Positions 38,451 through 51,013 of a DNA stretch of 64,000 nt are shown one piece after another. Position numbers and translations under genes: made by a program. The notes under the pieces are model-generated. The model was not told the DNA's origin. It made no database searches and saw only the letters and a program-made list of their open reading frames with translations. This DNA is from Blasia pusilla (lineage: Eukaryota), in NCBI GenBank assembly GCA_050084515.1, contig CM114271.1, positions 14,198,001-14,262,000 of the forward strand. Direction: 5' to 3'. How positions within the stretch are numbered: position 1 is the stretch's first letter; every line of letters starts with the position of its first letter.

Positions 38451-39734
38451 GTACTACTAGCCATATATCTAGGCACTATTGATGGTGTATGAAATGCCTC
38501 TTAGAACATGAATTATTGGGGAACCCTTTCGTATTGACCATTGATCCCTTTCTATAGGTTTATCTCAACCCTACCTCCTTGTGGATCGATCACTTTTTCA
38601 TCACCCTTAGTCACAATAGCAATAGCCTATACATGAGCTAAACTACACATAAATCCTAAACATAGAAGTCCTCCCACGTATCTTGATAGGATGTAAAGGA
38701 TCAAACTGAAGCAGATGCCCTTTGCTCTATATCGATCCCTAGTTGTATCATTGTGAGGGCAAAAATCTTCTACTCCAACTATCAATGGCGTCAAGGAGAA
38801 TTTCCTCAAGTGTATGCCCTCCATTCCCTGTCACAAATGGAGCCCTATCACCATAGCCGTACACTCCTCGACCTCCATTGACTTCAATGCCCCCAAACCA
38901 TTGGTCCACCTCTAGACGTGGCTTTCGACAAATCTCAAAATACCTATCCCTAGTGTGACTATATCAATGACAATGATCACACTCTAGCTATGTTGATCTC
39001 ACTAGGATTTCTCAAAGACAATGTATGTGTCTCAAATGTACATAAAGTAGATACTAGTCGATCATAGATCTAGACTATGCTAGTGATATGGATGACAAGA
39101 AGGCAACTAATCATGGGACCACATGAGCACCCGGCTTTTTTTCTCTTAGGATCATAGATGTGTATATTATGTTAGGTAGGGATAAACAATTATCTAGAGT
39201 TAGAGGGACCTAACCACCAACTATGGATGCAATTGGAAATATTTTGATACATAATCGTTTGTGAGTGTAGATGTCAAGACTAGGTATGGTATCTTATAGT
39301 TATGTATATATGGATAATGACAACAATTTATGGTGTGTAGCGATGTGTATAGGCACGACACTTGTCATGTCTTTCGTAGTAGATCCAAAAGTATTTGTAA
39401 GGTTTCTTCAAGGAGGTCGAAAGACAGCCTTATGAGGTCAACGTTGTCTGTAGAGGACTATAGTAACTTGATCGAGCATGTTTCTCCTTCTTTTGGACTT
39501 ATTTGAAGCCATATTGAAGAACTTACTATTTTGGTTAAGTTCATATCACGCTAATAGTTAACTTTTTCTTTCGAGAAGTGACATTTTATCCAGTATTACA
39601 AGTCAAGAGTCAAGGAGGTGATTTGTGTACACATGTTACCAAGAAGGGAGTTTGGGAAGAGGGAAGGAGTATATCCGAGGAGAATAAGCTTGAGACCTCA
39701 TTCTATCTTATTGAACCTCTTTTCATAAGAAGTC

Positions 39735-40270
39735 TGAGGTGGTGGTGGCGGATGTTGTAATGACGGATCTTACGCGCGAGAAGGAGTGAACCCAAGTGAT
39801 GGCACAAGGGAGATTGCTACAAGGAGCAGCGGCGGCAAACACGACCCATATTTATAATCGACTTCATGATGGACATCGATTAGTTAGTCTAGCCATTGAG
39901 ATGTCCAAGGCTATGGCGGAGAGGTTTGACTCGTTCCTTACGGATTGCGCCCATCACCTCGAGTCAAGAAATGGATTGTCCTCAGTTACTACGATTCTTT
40001 ATTGTAGGCAATAGGTCTCCATGGTTTTGCAACGTGCCCAAGCAAATGGGCTTTTGAAACGGGATCAGAGGATTGGAGATGCCAATGCTAGAAGCCCACT
40101 TAATAGTAGCCATAGTTTTCTAGATGTTGATATTGTCTCTGCTATTGGTGAGTTTGGTTTATTGGGGGGTAAGGCCCCCTTCTATCTTTGCAGGGCCGAT
40201 TTTGGCCTACGGGTTTTTGGCTCTCTATGCCCCCCTCGTTTATGTCTCTAACGGGTTTTCCATCAAACAT
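39735..40270 (+). mobile_element. Second RLE-type LINE 3' fragment, opposite orientation to 37690-38450
   Basis: MAQGRLLQGAAAA..RLHDGHRLVSLAIEMSKAMAERFDSFLTDCAHH..RQ*VSMVLQRAQAN, homologous to the minus-strand copy. Confidence 0.7.
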
Positions 40271-40414
40271 TTTAATTGAAGTTCATTTTTCTTACTTTCA
40301 TAAGACAATGAAACTATTGTCCTCCTTACTTTATAAGTAACCCATACCTCTCATTAGGAGAGTGGGTTTGGTTTAGGGTTGGAGCTTCCAAATGTCAACC
40401 AAGAAACTCTTCAC

Positions 40415-40417
<3 letters not shown>

Positions 40418-40457
<40 letters not shown>

Positions 40458-40915
40458 CTCATTGAGTAGTGCCTATCATAGCCTTACGACCATAGACCCC
40501 GCGCCCTGGTTGAGAGAGAAACTGTACTCATTAAGTAGTGCCTGTCGTAGCCTTGCGACCAAAGACCCCACGCCCTGGTTGAGAGAGAGAGACTGTACTC
40601 ATTAAGTAGTGCCTGTCTGTGTGAGAGAGAGAGAGAGATTGTACTCATTAAGTAGTGCCTATGTAGCCTTGCGACCATAGACGCCACGCCCTGGTGGGAC
40701 GATGCTTGAGACTGGGATGGGTATAGAGAGAGAAGCAAGTGAAGAAGGTACCATATCAGAGGAGGGAGACACTCTCATATAGTGTGAGTGTTGACCAAAC
40801 AACGTGTTTGAGAGAGAGAGAGAGTGTGTGTGTAGTGCCTATCGTAGAGAGAGACTGTACTCATTAAGTGATGCCTATCGTAGCCTTACGACCATAGACC
40901 AACCCCGCACCCTAG
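40418..40915 (+). repeat. (GA)n-linked minisatellite
   Basis: About five variants of (GA)n-TGTACTCATTAAGTAGTGCCT-CGTAGCCTTRCGACCATAGACC. Confidence 0.85.
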
Positions 40916-43154
40916 TTAGATGTGCTTGAGACTAGGAGGGGTGTAGAGAAAGGAGCGAGTGAAAGTTTAGGGTTAAGATGTTAGAAAGAGAGAAATTTGT
41001 TATTCCATAGATTATTGGAAATATTTTGGTATATGATTGTCTATATGCGTAGATGGAATACAAATTATCTACGACTTTTTCTATGACTGCACAATGCATA
41101 TAATTGAGTTTTTTTCCAGTTTTTATAATTCTCCAGGTTAGCTTCCGGCGTCATGCCTTTCTCACCTAACGTAGTTCTACCCAACCTACTTATGCTTTCT
41201 CAAAATACTTTTCCACATGCCACCGTAATAGCAACCTCTTTGCTTGACGGTACCCACCCCTCCAAACTCGGCTCAGTGTCAAATTTGTGAAATACAGGGT
41301 GCATGTGTCTACCATCTGGCATATGTGCATCTGCCCGCATTAGCAACTCATTGTGCTTCTTAAAGAATTTTCTACACTTGGTGGTGAGAGTCTCACACAG
41401 CTTACGAGTGGTCCTTACCTGAATTCACTCTGGTCATGGTAGAAGAAGCTCACTGAGCTGATGTATGCAGATGTATGGCATTATTTATCACTCCAGTCTT
41501 CTCACTACTTAGTTAGAATTGAGTGAAACAATTGAGACTTAGCTGCAGCTGGCCTGCAAGAGTCTCCGAAATCGTAGCACTCTGATCAGCATAGGCGGCT
41601 CAAGACAGTTGTACCAAGGAGGTTGCAGAACTTAGTGGCAAGGCAAACCACTACGAATATGAAGGTGAATTATTCCGAGTCATCTGCACTACAAAATTCC
41701 AAGTCATCAGCAGGACAGATTCAAAACATTATGGATGTCCAAGCACACCAATGGCCATTTCTTTATTCAAATTTCCATTTCATTCTTTCCACATAGAATC
41801 CTGTGCCTCCATCCAAAAGTGCCGTCATATTTGGTGAGGTTAGTGGACTACCAGTGGGGTATGGAACCTTGCTCAGGCCTGAAAGATGAATGAGTATTGA
41901 CAGCGTATGAATATTCCACTAAAAATCAAGCACATCTTTGCGCAACTCTCAGATTGCAATGTCTTATTGAGACTCATTGAACAGCCACTCACTATCCACT
42001 GAATAGAATCATATTCCAGGCTTCAAATCCTCAACTTTGTAAAGAACTAGGCGTACATCATGCAAACTGCATCTGACACAGCAGCACATAGTGCAAACCG
42101 CATCTGACATAGCTCCATCACTCTACTGGAGTACAGCATTGTCACCAACAAACCTCAGTCAGAATCTATGCATAGCTCACACCCTACTGATGCCATGTCT
42201 GACTCTACACTAGGAATCTCCATCTCTATTCCACAATGATCTACATAACAAGATGATTTCCAACTAAGGACTAACCCTGCCTCTTGCAGTCGGGTATGTA
42301 TTTACAAAGGAACATATTACCAGTTCACAGCACATGTCTCCTAGCTTGCAAATATGAATCACAGACTGCATCTGCTTTGGCATCAGTGATCCATGCTGAA
42401 AAATGAAAGTGAACAAAATGATGATTTTCACAAGAGTGGATGCTCAGTGAAGCAAAGCTCTCTGGACACATGCCCGGAATGTAAAATCATGCAATTCCCA
42501 CATGACACAAATTCTATAACCAATAGGAAACCAGCAAGATAACATGGAATTTCCTCAACTGGTCTCTCTTCTAACATTTTCCCTCAGTGTGCACATGCTC
42601 ATTTTGGGGTTGCCATCTACCTGAGTGGTGATACCTACTTTCACCTCTGAGACAACTTGAGGCGCCATCCCCGTCCACAAGACTGGACCTTTTGAATCAC
42701 CTTTGGACGACTGTGACTCGGCAATAACTAATCCAGTTGATTTTGGTTTGATGAAACAGGTTCTTCACAGAGAAATTGTACAATATCTTCAATCTTCAAA
42801 AGACGTGTCAAAAACCTGAGGCCTGCATACCATCATACCAGGAATTAAGGACAAGGACCTTTTAAGTAGAAGGTTTTAATCACTAGGGCAACCAACAAAC
42901 CACAGGGCATTATCCTTCAACAAACTGAAAAGTTTCAACGTGCTCCAATCACCCTCTACTAGAAAATATCTTGCAGCAAGAAAACTCCCAAGATCCTCCG
43001 TGAAAATCAAGAGAAAAGAACATCTTCACTTGGGCAAAGCCATTACTACTATTGCATCTCCGGCATCAACTTGTCATTCAATACAAACATGCCCAAACAA
43101 AGCGAGTAACTAGCTTGACTGAAAAGGTAAGAGGGCTGTACAAAATGCACCTCC

Positions 43155-45179
43155 TCAGGAAGCTTTTGAGTCATTCTGCTTCCTCTTTTTCCTACTGTGG
43201 TTACGTGTTACTTGAACCTCTACTCTTTGCTTGGCCAGCATCTGCTTCTTCCCTTGTTTTTTATTGGCTGCTATCCCAATCTTCTCAGCCACTCCATTTG
43301 TAACCTTATCCTTTCTGCCAGACTTCCTAGGAGACAGAGGACCTGAAACCTTTCCAGCAATTTTCTTTACGGAAGGTTGGCTGACTTCGGCCTCTGAAGT
43401 TTTGTTTCCGGCATCACCGTCTTGGGAACCAATTAAGGGGATTGACTTAGCTCCTGCAATCACCGAACACAACCTTTCAGTCAATAAGCTTAATAAGCAC
43501 TAAAATCTTACAAACAAATCCCACATGGAATTGTCACAATACAAAGCCCAATGCTGAGAGCAAAAAATGAAATCCAAACCTACAATAACACAAAAATTGA
43601 GTAGAATGCTTTCTTTCAGCTACACCACTCAAACTCTACTTCCGAATCCAACCCAGACATTCATCACCCGCACTCACTCGAGCATGTCAGGGATAAAATG
43701 AAAATTCTGACTCCCGGGTCTGACTGAACCATACATACATTCAATGTAGTACTAAGCCTACTTAGATTCTCCTGTAAAAAGGCACAAGAATGAATGACAC
43801 CATGGTGCACTACAAGAAGAAAATTGCAAGTAACCGTGTGACAAATACAGAGCTGCAGACTGGCAAGATGTCGCCACAAACATGAGCTACTGCTTACTTT
43901 TTATCAGGCCGCAACTAACGAGGCAAGTCAATCTTGATTTGGTAGTAGTCTGAAGAGCAGGAGCTGGAGAAGCTTGTTCATCTGCACTCTGGATCATTCG
44001 AGTGTCCCAGACTCGTACTGACCCATCTGAGGAAGCAGAAGCAATCATATTTGGAACATCACTCGCATCCAAACCAGCCTGTCCCGAGCCTGGGAGGATG
44101 GAAATTCCTCTGATGCGGTTGGAATGGGCTTTTGGTACTGACATTGCCAGCTTCCCACTCCGCGCATCCCATACCCTGACGATGCTATCCTCTCCTCCGG
44201 TGACGACCACTCCATCCTGATCAAAAGTCAGACCTTCTTTCATGAATACAAACAATCCCTTCTAAGAGTACAAGAAATCTGGATACAAAATTCAAAACCA
44301 TGATTCCTGAGGACACAGTCCACTTCCGATTGAATCCTTCTACTACGGGTGTAGTCCTTTTCCAAACCATACTGTCAGATCGACGAAGAGAGAAGACGTA
44401 CTTTTCGCGTTATATTGATAAGTAGACCACACACAATTAAGGAAGAAAGTGCCATGAGACTTCGTTGTGACAAAACTCTTCTAACAGGATTCAGAGGTTG
44501 AGGTTTAGGGTTTTGGAGGGATTGGTTCTCTCACCTGATTTTGAGCCAAGCAATGAACGGCCTTCGCATTGTCAAGAGAGTGTAGTAAACGCCCCGTCTC
44601 CACGTCATAAATTTCCAGCATCTCGCCTCTTACTAGGGAGTAAGAATTCCCAGACTGGGGCGAAAATTTTACTATGGTAGGCTCTGATGCCAGTTTTGTT
44701 GTGTAAGTGCATCGCCCATTCAAGAGATTCCACATCTTCATATGCCCATCTCTCTCGACTGAAAGAGCAACCTTGCCTGTGTGGTGCACGGACAAGCTGT
44801 TGAGAGCAGTTTTGTGACCCTTCATGGTTTTCAGATGAACCCAGGAGTCTGTGTCCCAGATGCAGATAGTGCCATCCTCTGATCCGCTGAATAAGTGCGT
44901 CGGACGATTCAGGTTATTCACCGCAGGCTTCAGAAAATCTAGACAAGTGACAGCTCCCTGGTGCTGATACAAAGACCCCATATCCTTTCCCGCACTGACA
45001 TCATATACTCTGATGGTGTCATCTGAACCCCCAGTCGCCACAATACTGCCACAGGCGGCTATGCATTTGACAGGGCCCATATGTGCAGGGTATGTGAATG
45101 ATAAGTGTAGCTCTCCTCTCTTGGCTTGCACTTGCCATCCCCATAAGAACCGCTCATATGATCCTGCTACCAGCTTCAT
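43155..45179 (-). CDS. PAK1IP1: WD40-repeat 60S ribosome biogenesis factor, PAK1IP1/MAK11-like (420 aa, 3 exons)
   Basis: Exons 45179-44535, 44216-43898 and 43453-43155 with GT-AG junctions (phases 0 and 1), total 1263 nt. N-terminus MKLVAGSYERFLWG is typical of the family; WD repeats (ATGGSDDTIRVYD, FSGSEDGTICIWD, TGGEDSIVRVWD, ASASSDGSVRVWD); basic Lys-rich C-terminus. Confidence 0.88.
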
Positions 45180-45833
45180 TGTCTCTCTCTCTCTCCGATT
45201 GAAATCTGACCAGAGGTCGACCTAGCAACTTACATGAACCGAATTTCTGTCACTCGGTGATTACAGAGCCCCAGAGAGCCAAACACGCTTACTGTGAGAT
45301 GAAACTAACAGGCCCAGGGGCTACAGGTATCCACAATTCAGACAACGAAAGCATCATTTGGGCTAGGGAGTTGAAAATCCTCCTCTCTTCGAATTCCTTC
45401 AGGACTACCGCCGCTGCATGCTGTCTTTCTCACTGAATCGCCCATGAGACACAACAGCTTTTGCTGACCTGAGCGGAATCTTAAAATACGGTGCCATCGA
45501 AATCGCTATAAGACCCTCCGAAACCGAATCGAATTCCCACTTCAAATTTTGCTGCAGTTTGTGACTGAATTCCGACTCGAACAAAAACCCCTTCACTTTC
45601 TCGTGCTCTGTTTTAGGGTTAGGGCTTTGGTGGGGGTTTAAGCAAAGGGCAACTTCGGTATTTTCCGTAAGGACCGTGCCACGCACGCATATAGCTCTCT
45701 TTACCAACTTTTATACGACCCCCCTTAAAATGATAAAAGTATTTTCCTTTTTAATGTAAATAGTGTGTTGGCATGGTGCCATTTGAGAATTTTCTTATTC
45801 GCAATTCCTTATAATTTATTTTTTTGTGATAAT

Positions 45834-47778
45834 TGTCACATCTTATTTCGACGTAGGCAAAGTTCTATCGCTCCGACGGCATAGTGAGTCAGCGGGTTGT
45901 TTGGATATAACTTTGTCCGAGATGTCGGATGAGGTAGGTAACAGCTCTGTTGTGTTAGGAACGTCATTTATGGAGATTTCCCTATTTTGATTTTAGTCCG
46001 TCATGAGACCCGTTGACCAAGTTAACGGTCACCCGGTAACCTGTGCACGCACGTTACCGTTGGAAGGGCTATTTTTGGGAGAAGAGCTTTCCCAAGGGTA
46101 TAGGAGTGAGAGAGATGGCTTTCTCAAGCCATCTTTCTCATGTTGAGCCTTAAGAGCGCCTCTCTTGCATAGATGTGTGTGGTTGTGTAGGAGTTAAGGT
46201 CCTAGCGTCTGGATTCCCTCATAGCAGAGGGTGGATGTTGTTCGATATGCTGATGTAGATTCATGAATGGAGTTTTAGGCCGGGTGAGCCATTTTCACTA
46301 CTGTTGATTTTACATGAGAAAGATGGCAAGGGACAAGTGGGAATTCGTTGTTTGCAGGTAGGCAAGCGAGTTGCTTGGTTCCGGAGCCCCTGAAGACATC
46401 GAGTGACGTTTGTTTGTCATTTTTTTGTTCGGAAGGTCGTGCGTAGAAGCGCTGTCCATTTTGCTCAGATTTCGCTGGTGTGGGTCGATGGGGGACAACT
46501 GCATAGTGTAGCAACAGGAGCGCTCGGGTGTGGCGCGGAGAGTGTCATCGATGGGTGACCGGTGAATGTCGGAAAATCGGAAGGGAAGTTTTTTGTGCAA
46601 GACACCATAGCTGCTGTGAGGGCAGCCAAGCTAAGTCGTAGCCGCACAAGGCTAGGTTAGGTCATAGTCGCCTAGGGCTAGATGAGGGTGCAGCATTTTT
46701 TAGGTCGCGGTGGAGTCGCATGAGGCCGCGGGAGACCAGGAGCGTGCGTCAACGGGAGTTTAGTGTTGGATTCTCAACATCCACTCCTCTGAGCACCATT
46801 AATCTGATCGGCCCCCTTGTATGAGGAGAAGCCTAGATTGATGGTTCCGACTTAGACGTCAAAGGAGTCATAGTAATATGACGTATGTGGTTTTAGGAGT
46901 AGCGTTACTAGGTTTATCTAACCCTATATTGCATCAGGGTGCGGGGCGCCCTGATGCAATATAGGGTTAAATAAACCCTATAGAAATGAAGAAAAAATAA
47001 GTAAAAACCCTAGTTTTCCCGAGTGGTCAAATAGTCGGGAGCCGCAGCGGTAGCGCATTCTCGTATGTCGAGTTATCTCCATGTTCAGGTTCCATCGAAG
47101 CTCTTCTGTGAGCGCACGGACGGACTAGGCCACTTTGTATCTCTAAGTTTTGTAAAGATTTCAGTTATTTTGTCACTTTCTGTTTTCTCACATTTAGAGC
47201 CGCAAGGAGTAGGTGTAAGATGCTCATGGGCTGGTTGGAAGGAGCGGCAGGAGGTGACGGACATACAGGTCTAGAAGGAGTCCTTATGACTCCAAGGATG
47301 GGGGAGGTTTTGGAGGGAGGTGGCAAGGCTCCATAGGGAGCCGTGCCCATATGGAGAGAGTTTTGGGTTTAGGAGGTAAGAGCAAGGCGTAGATAGTAGG
47401 TTGCGTCAGATAGGAAGAGAAGGGGATAGGGGTCAGAGAAGGCGGGTTGAGGGGCATGCGTATAGGGATGCGCACCCATGCAGAGGTAGAAGGAATGGTG
47501 GAAGGGGTTTGAAGGCGGGGCCACGTGCCCACAAGAAGGGAGGCGCGGAAGTTAAGGGGGCTGAGCAAGAGCCACGTAGGGGGCTCCTAGATTGCGGGAG
47601 ATAGAAGGCAAGGAGGCCCTTCATAGGGCCGCGTGCCTAGGTCGGAAAGAGGAAGGAAATCAGGGCAGGAAGGAGGTCCGAGAGTAGGAAGGAAGAGGGT
47701 GCGGGGAGGCAGATTTGTCGCATCATAGGAGCGTGCGCCCGTGGTGAAGAAGGATGTAGGGAGGAACGTGGTTGGTAA
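45834..47778 (+). mobile_element. 5' end and leader of a diverged alpha-like element, interrupted by E5
   Basis: Starts TGTCACATCT; blocks shared with 3802-4286 and 59529-60200; G-rich leader similar to 60420-61200. Confidence 0.75.
46911..46977. repeat. Near-perfect inverted repeat (~30-bp stem)
   Basis: GGTTTATCTAACCCTATATTGCATCAGGG...CCCTGATGCAATATAGGGTTAAATAAACC. Confidence 0.9.
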
Positions 47779-50700
47779 TGTCGTGCGCATACACATTGCT
47801 ACACAACATACATCACAATCACCGAACACACTCACAAACACGCACGATCCCATGCTAACTCATGACATCCAAACAACAAGAGAAGAAGTACCAAAATATC
47901 TCCAATAAAATAAGATCCAATCTCTCTCACAACACCATAGTTCTCACATGTGTGCACTCTCATATGTCTCTCTCAATGTCAAACCAAACCCACTCTCCTA
48001 ATGAGAGGCTTGGGTTACACACATAAGGCAAGCAAGACCATAGCTCCGCCGCCTCATGCCAATAGGTTCAACAAAGAGAGAATGAGCTCTCAATTAAGCT
48101 CGCTCTCCTTGAGGTATATCCCTCCCCTCTCCCAAGCTCTCCCCATGGTAACCTATGCTCCCAAGTCACCTCCTTGGCTCTTGACCTCATGTAGGAGGTC
48201 AAGGGCCACTTACCAAAAATATAAATTCAATCATATACTCAAAATGGTACTTACCTAACATAGTAAGTTCCTCAATATGGCTCCAAATGAGCCGAAACGA
48301 AAGGGAAACCTGCTCTCTCGGGTTTCCTGGGCCGTCTGTAGGTGATCCTCAACCTACTGAGCTTGTCCTCTACTACTCACAAAGACGCTCTACTAGATCT
48401 CACCGATCTATCCTAAAAGATATGAGAATTGTCATGCGTATACACATCGCTACACAATATTCATCGTTGTCACCGAACACACACACAAACACGCACGATC
48501 CCATGCTTACTCATGGCATCCAAACAACGAGACAAGAAGTACCAGAATATCTCCAATTGCCCCCCTAGCTGGTAGTTAGGTCCCTCTAACTCCAAATAGC
48601 CGTCTATCCCTACCTACCATGACATACATCTCTGGGACGCTAAGAGCAAGAAGGTCAGGTGCTCATGTGGCCCCATCGTTAGTCGCCTTCTTGTCATCCA
48701 CGTCACAGACACAAGTCAGAATGTAGAACTACATACTCTATGTACATCTTGGACACATCCATCGTCCCTGAGGAACCCTAGTGAGAGATGACGTCAAACA
48801 TGCCATATGCCATCCTCTAGAACACGCATCACAGACTAGCATAGTGGTTGCGCCACGCGCGGAACCTTACAACATACACCGCAAGCCTACATGAACTATT
48901 GCTAAGCTCGGATCAACTGTACCATCAATGTTCGAAAGATGATATGGCGCATAGTTACGCACGTGGTCATTCCAAACCATACCATTGCATCCCTCCAATA
49001 AGAGAACATCGGATGGCAAAATCTCACGCACTCTCAAGATGGTGCGTCTTGCAGTCATATCCAAGATCGTGGGTGCGGTCTGTTACAAGTAGACATAGTC
49101 TTCCTCATGAAACCTCCGGATAGTTGGTCGATAACCACCTGCCTGAATAGTCGCATATCTCAACGTATCCCTATGTCACGCAATCGCCAAGTTCTCAAAC
49201 GCCATGGGCATCACTCTCCAAAACAACTCAGCCCTCTGAAAATATGCTTGCATCCATACATCAGGGTCATCAAGGATCAACACCTCACCAACATCTTGAC
49301 GAATGGCCGTAGGTAAATCTGGCTCTCGGCCATAAAGCAACAAGTACGATGAGAAAGACGCTAAGGATGCCTGCCAGCTGAATCTGTATCCCATCGCCAA
49401 CCACGGTAATTGAAGGTCCCAATCTCCTAGGTGACCTCTCTGCAAGCCATACTTCCGTAGTCCTCTCTTCGTCGTCTACACAACCCCCTCGGCTAGTCCA
49501 TCCGCCTCAGGATGATCTCGCGAAGTAGTGCGATGATCGATCAGTGCATGATCACACAAGGCCTAAAACTCCCCGTGGAACTCCGTACCCTGGTCTGTCA
49601 ACACCTCTGTCAGTGCGCCGTAATGACTCAACACTCGATCTACGAAGACATACGCTACTCCCTCACTCGCTTTGTCTGGAAAATGCAACCAACTCTATCC
49701 ACTTCAAGAAATGCTTGACCATCACCAACACATAATGATTATGGCACTCCGTCAAAGGCAAAGGTCCTGCAAATCCCAAACTCCATATATTACCTAAACG
49801 CATGATTGGAAATGGATACAACTATGGAGTCGGAGCATTGAACGATGCTCGGACTCAATCATGCATCTGGCAACAAACTCTTGAACGTCAGTCTGCATGC
49901 CTCGCTACCAATACTGAATCTAGAGCAAGTTGTATGTTCGCTTCACTCCAACTCCTCGTGGGCATAACGCACTAAACGTGCTCTCTACAAAGGATGAGGC
50001 ACTACACGCACTCTACCATCCTCCCACACTTGCAACACATGTGTGCCCTCCCACCGAAACCGTCTTGCTCGCTGTAGGATCCGATCCCACTCTCTAGCAT
50101 CCATTGTGCTCGCGACGCTGCCAGTACGCAGGTACTCCAAGACCACTCCATCATCGTGAATGTCTCGACCACCTGTCGTCTCCTCATCGGCCTCTCGATC
50201 TAAGGACTTTCCATCAGACCTCGCCATCGAAGTCTCTGCAATCTGGCTCTCCATAGCCAACAAGCCCAAATAGGTTGATGCATGTCATCTTGGCACCAAC
50301 TCCTCATCACTCTCACCATGCCAACGAGCTCCAGTCACATCTCGCTGACTTGGGCATGGGTTACGGCATCTTGGTTGAGCATCCCAGGTCTATACACCAC
50401 CTAGAAGTCATACTCCTGCAACAAAAGAGCCCACCTTGCAAGCTTCCCTGTAAGCTTGTCGGACTCCATCAACCACTTAAGTGGCTGATCAATACTGATG
50501 TTAAAGGGATTGTTGAAGAGATAACATCTAAAATGTGCGACAGCCCAGACTGCAGCCAAGCACTCATCCTCATACAAGCTATACTTTGCCTCTGCAGCGT
50601 TGTTTGAGCAACTAGCATAAGCCACCACGAACTCTCTACCATCATTTTCATGTTGGGTGAGCACAACTCCAAGCCCCAACATGCTCCAATCGGTATGCAA

Positions 50701-51013
50701 CTGGAAAGAATGCCCCTGATCAGTCTCCTCAATATGGGCACAGACGTCAATCTGTCCTTGAGCATGTGAAATGCTCTCTCTTGCTTATCCCCCCAGTGCC
50801 ACTCCTCATCCACCTTGGTCATCAAGGTTAGCGACGTCACAATCAAACTGAAACTATTAATGTACCGTCGATAGAAGTTCGCCAATCTTATGAATGCACG
50901 AACTCGACTCACATTAGTATGGTGTGGAATGCGTGAAATAGCCTCTAACTTCGTCTGTTGCACACCAAGGCCCCCTGGGTATATCATATGACCCAAGTAC
51001 TCAATCAGGTCGT

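Larger units (their letters stand above)
39110..41055 (+). mobile_element. Old diverged beta-like 3' end that retains B1-A2-B2
   Basis: GAGTTAGAGGGACCTAAC hairpin; B1 ~39232-39360 ending GGCACGACA; CT spacer; A2 starting TGTCATGTC at 39363 (interrupted by a LINE piece and tandem repeats, resuming CCTCTCATTAGGAGAGTGGGTTTGG ~40347); truncated B2 starting ATTGGAAATATTTTGG ~41014. Confidence 0.7.

Noticed and set aside
37690-40270. Large inverted repeat suggesting a TIR DNA transposon
   Set aside because: The arms are two separately truncated, diverged RLE-LINE 3' fragments, and one sits inside an old A2 repeat.
40418-40915. Repeat array superficially like CRISPR
   Set aside because: Eukaryotic context, no unique spacers, units linked by (GA)n, and no cas genes.
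47779-48557. B-A-B block read as an independent TRIM with 128-bp LTRs
   Set aside because: It has no TSD of its own, always directly follows the PHD/3' UTR, and its middle part equals the 5' terminal repeat of the same subfamily.
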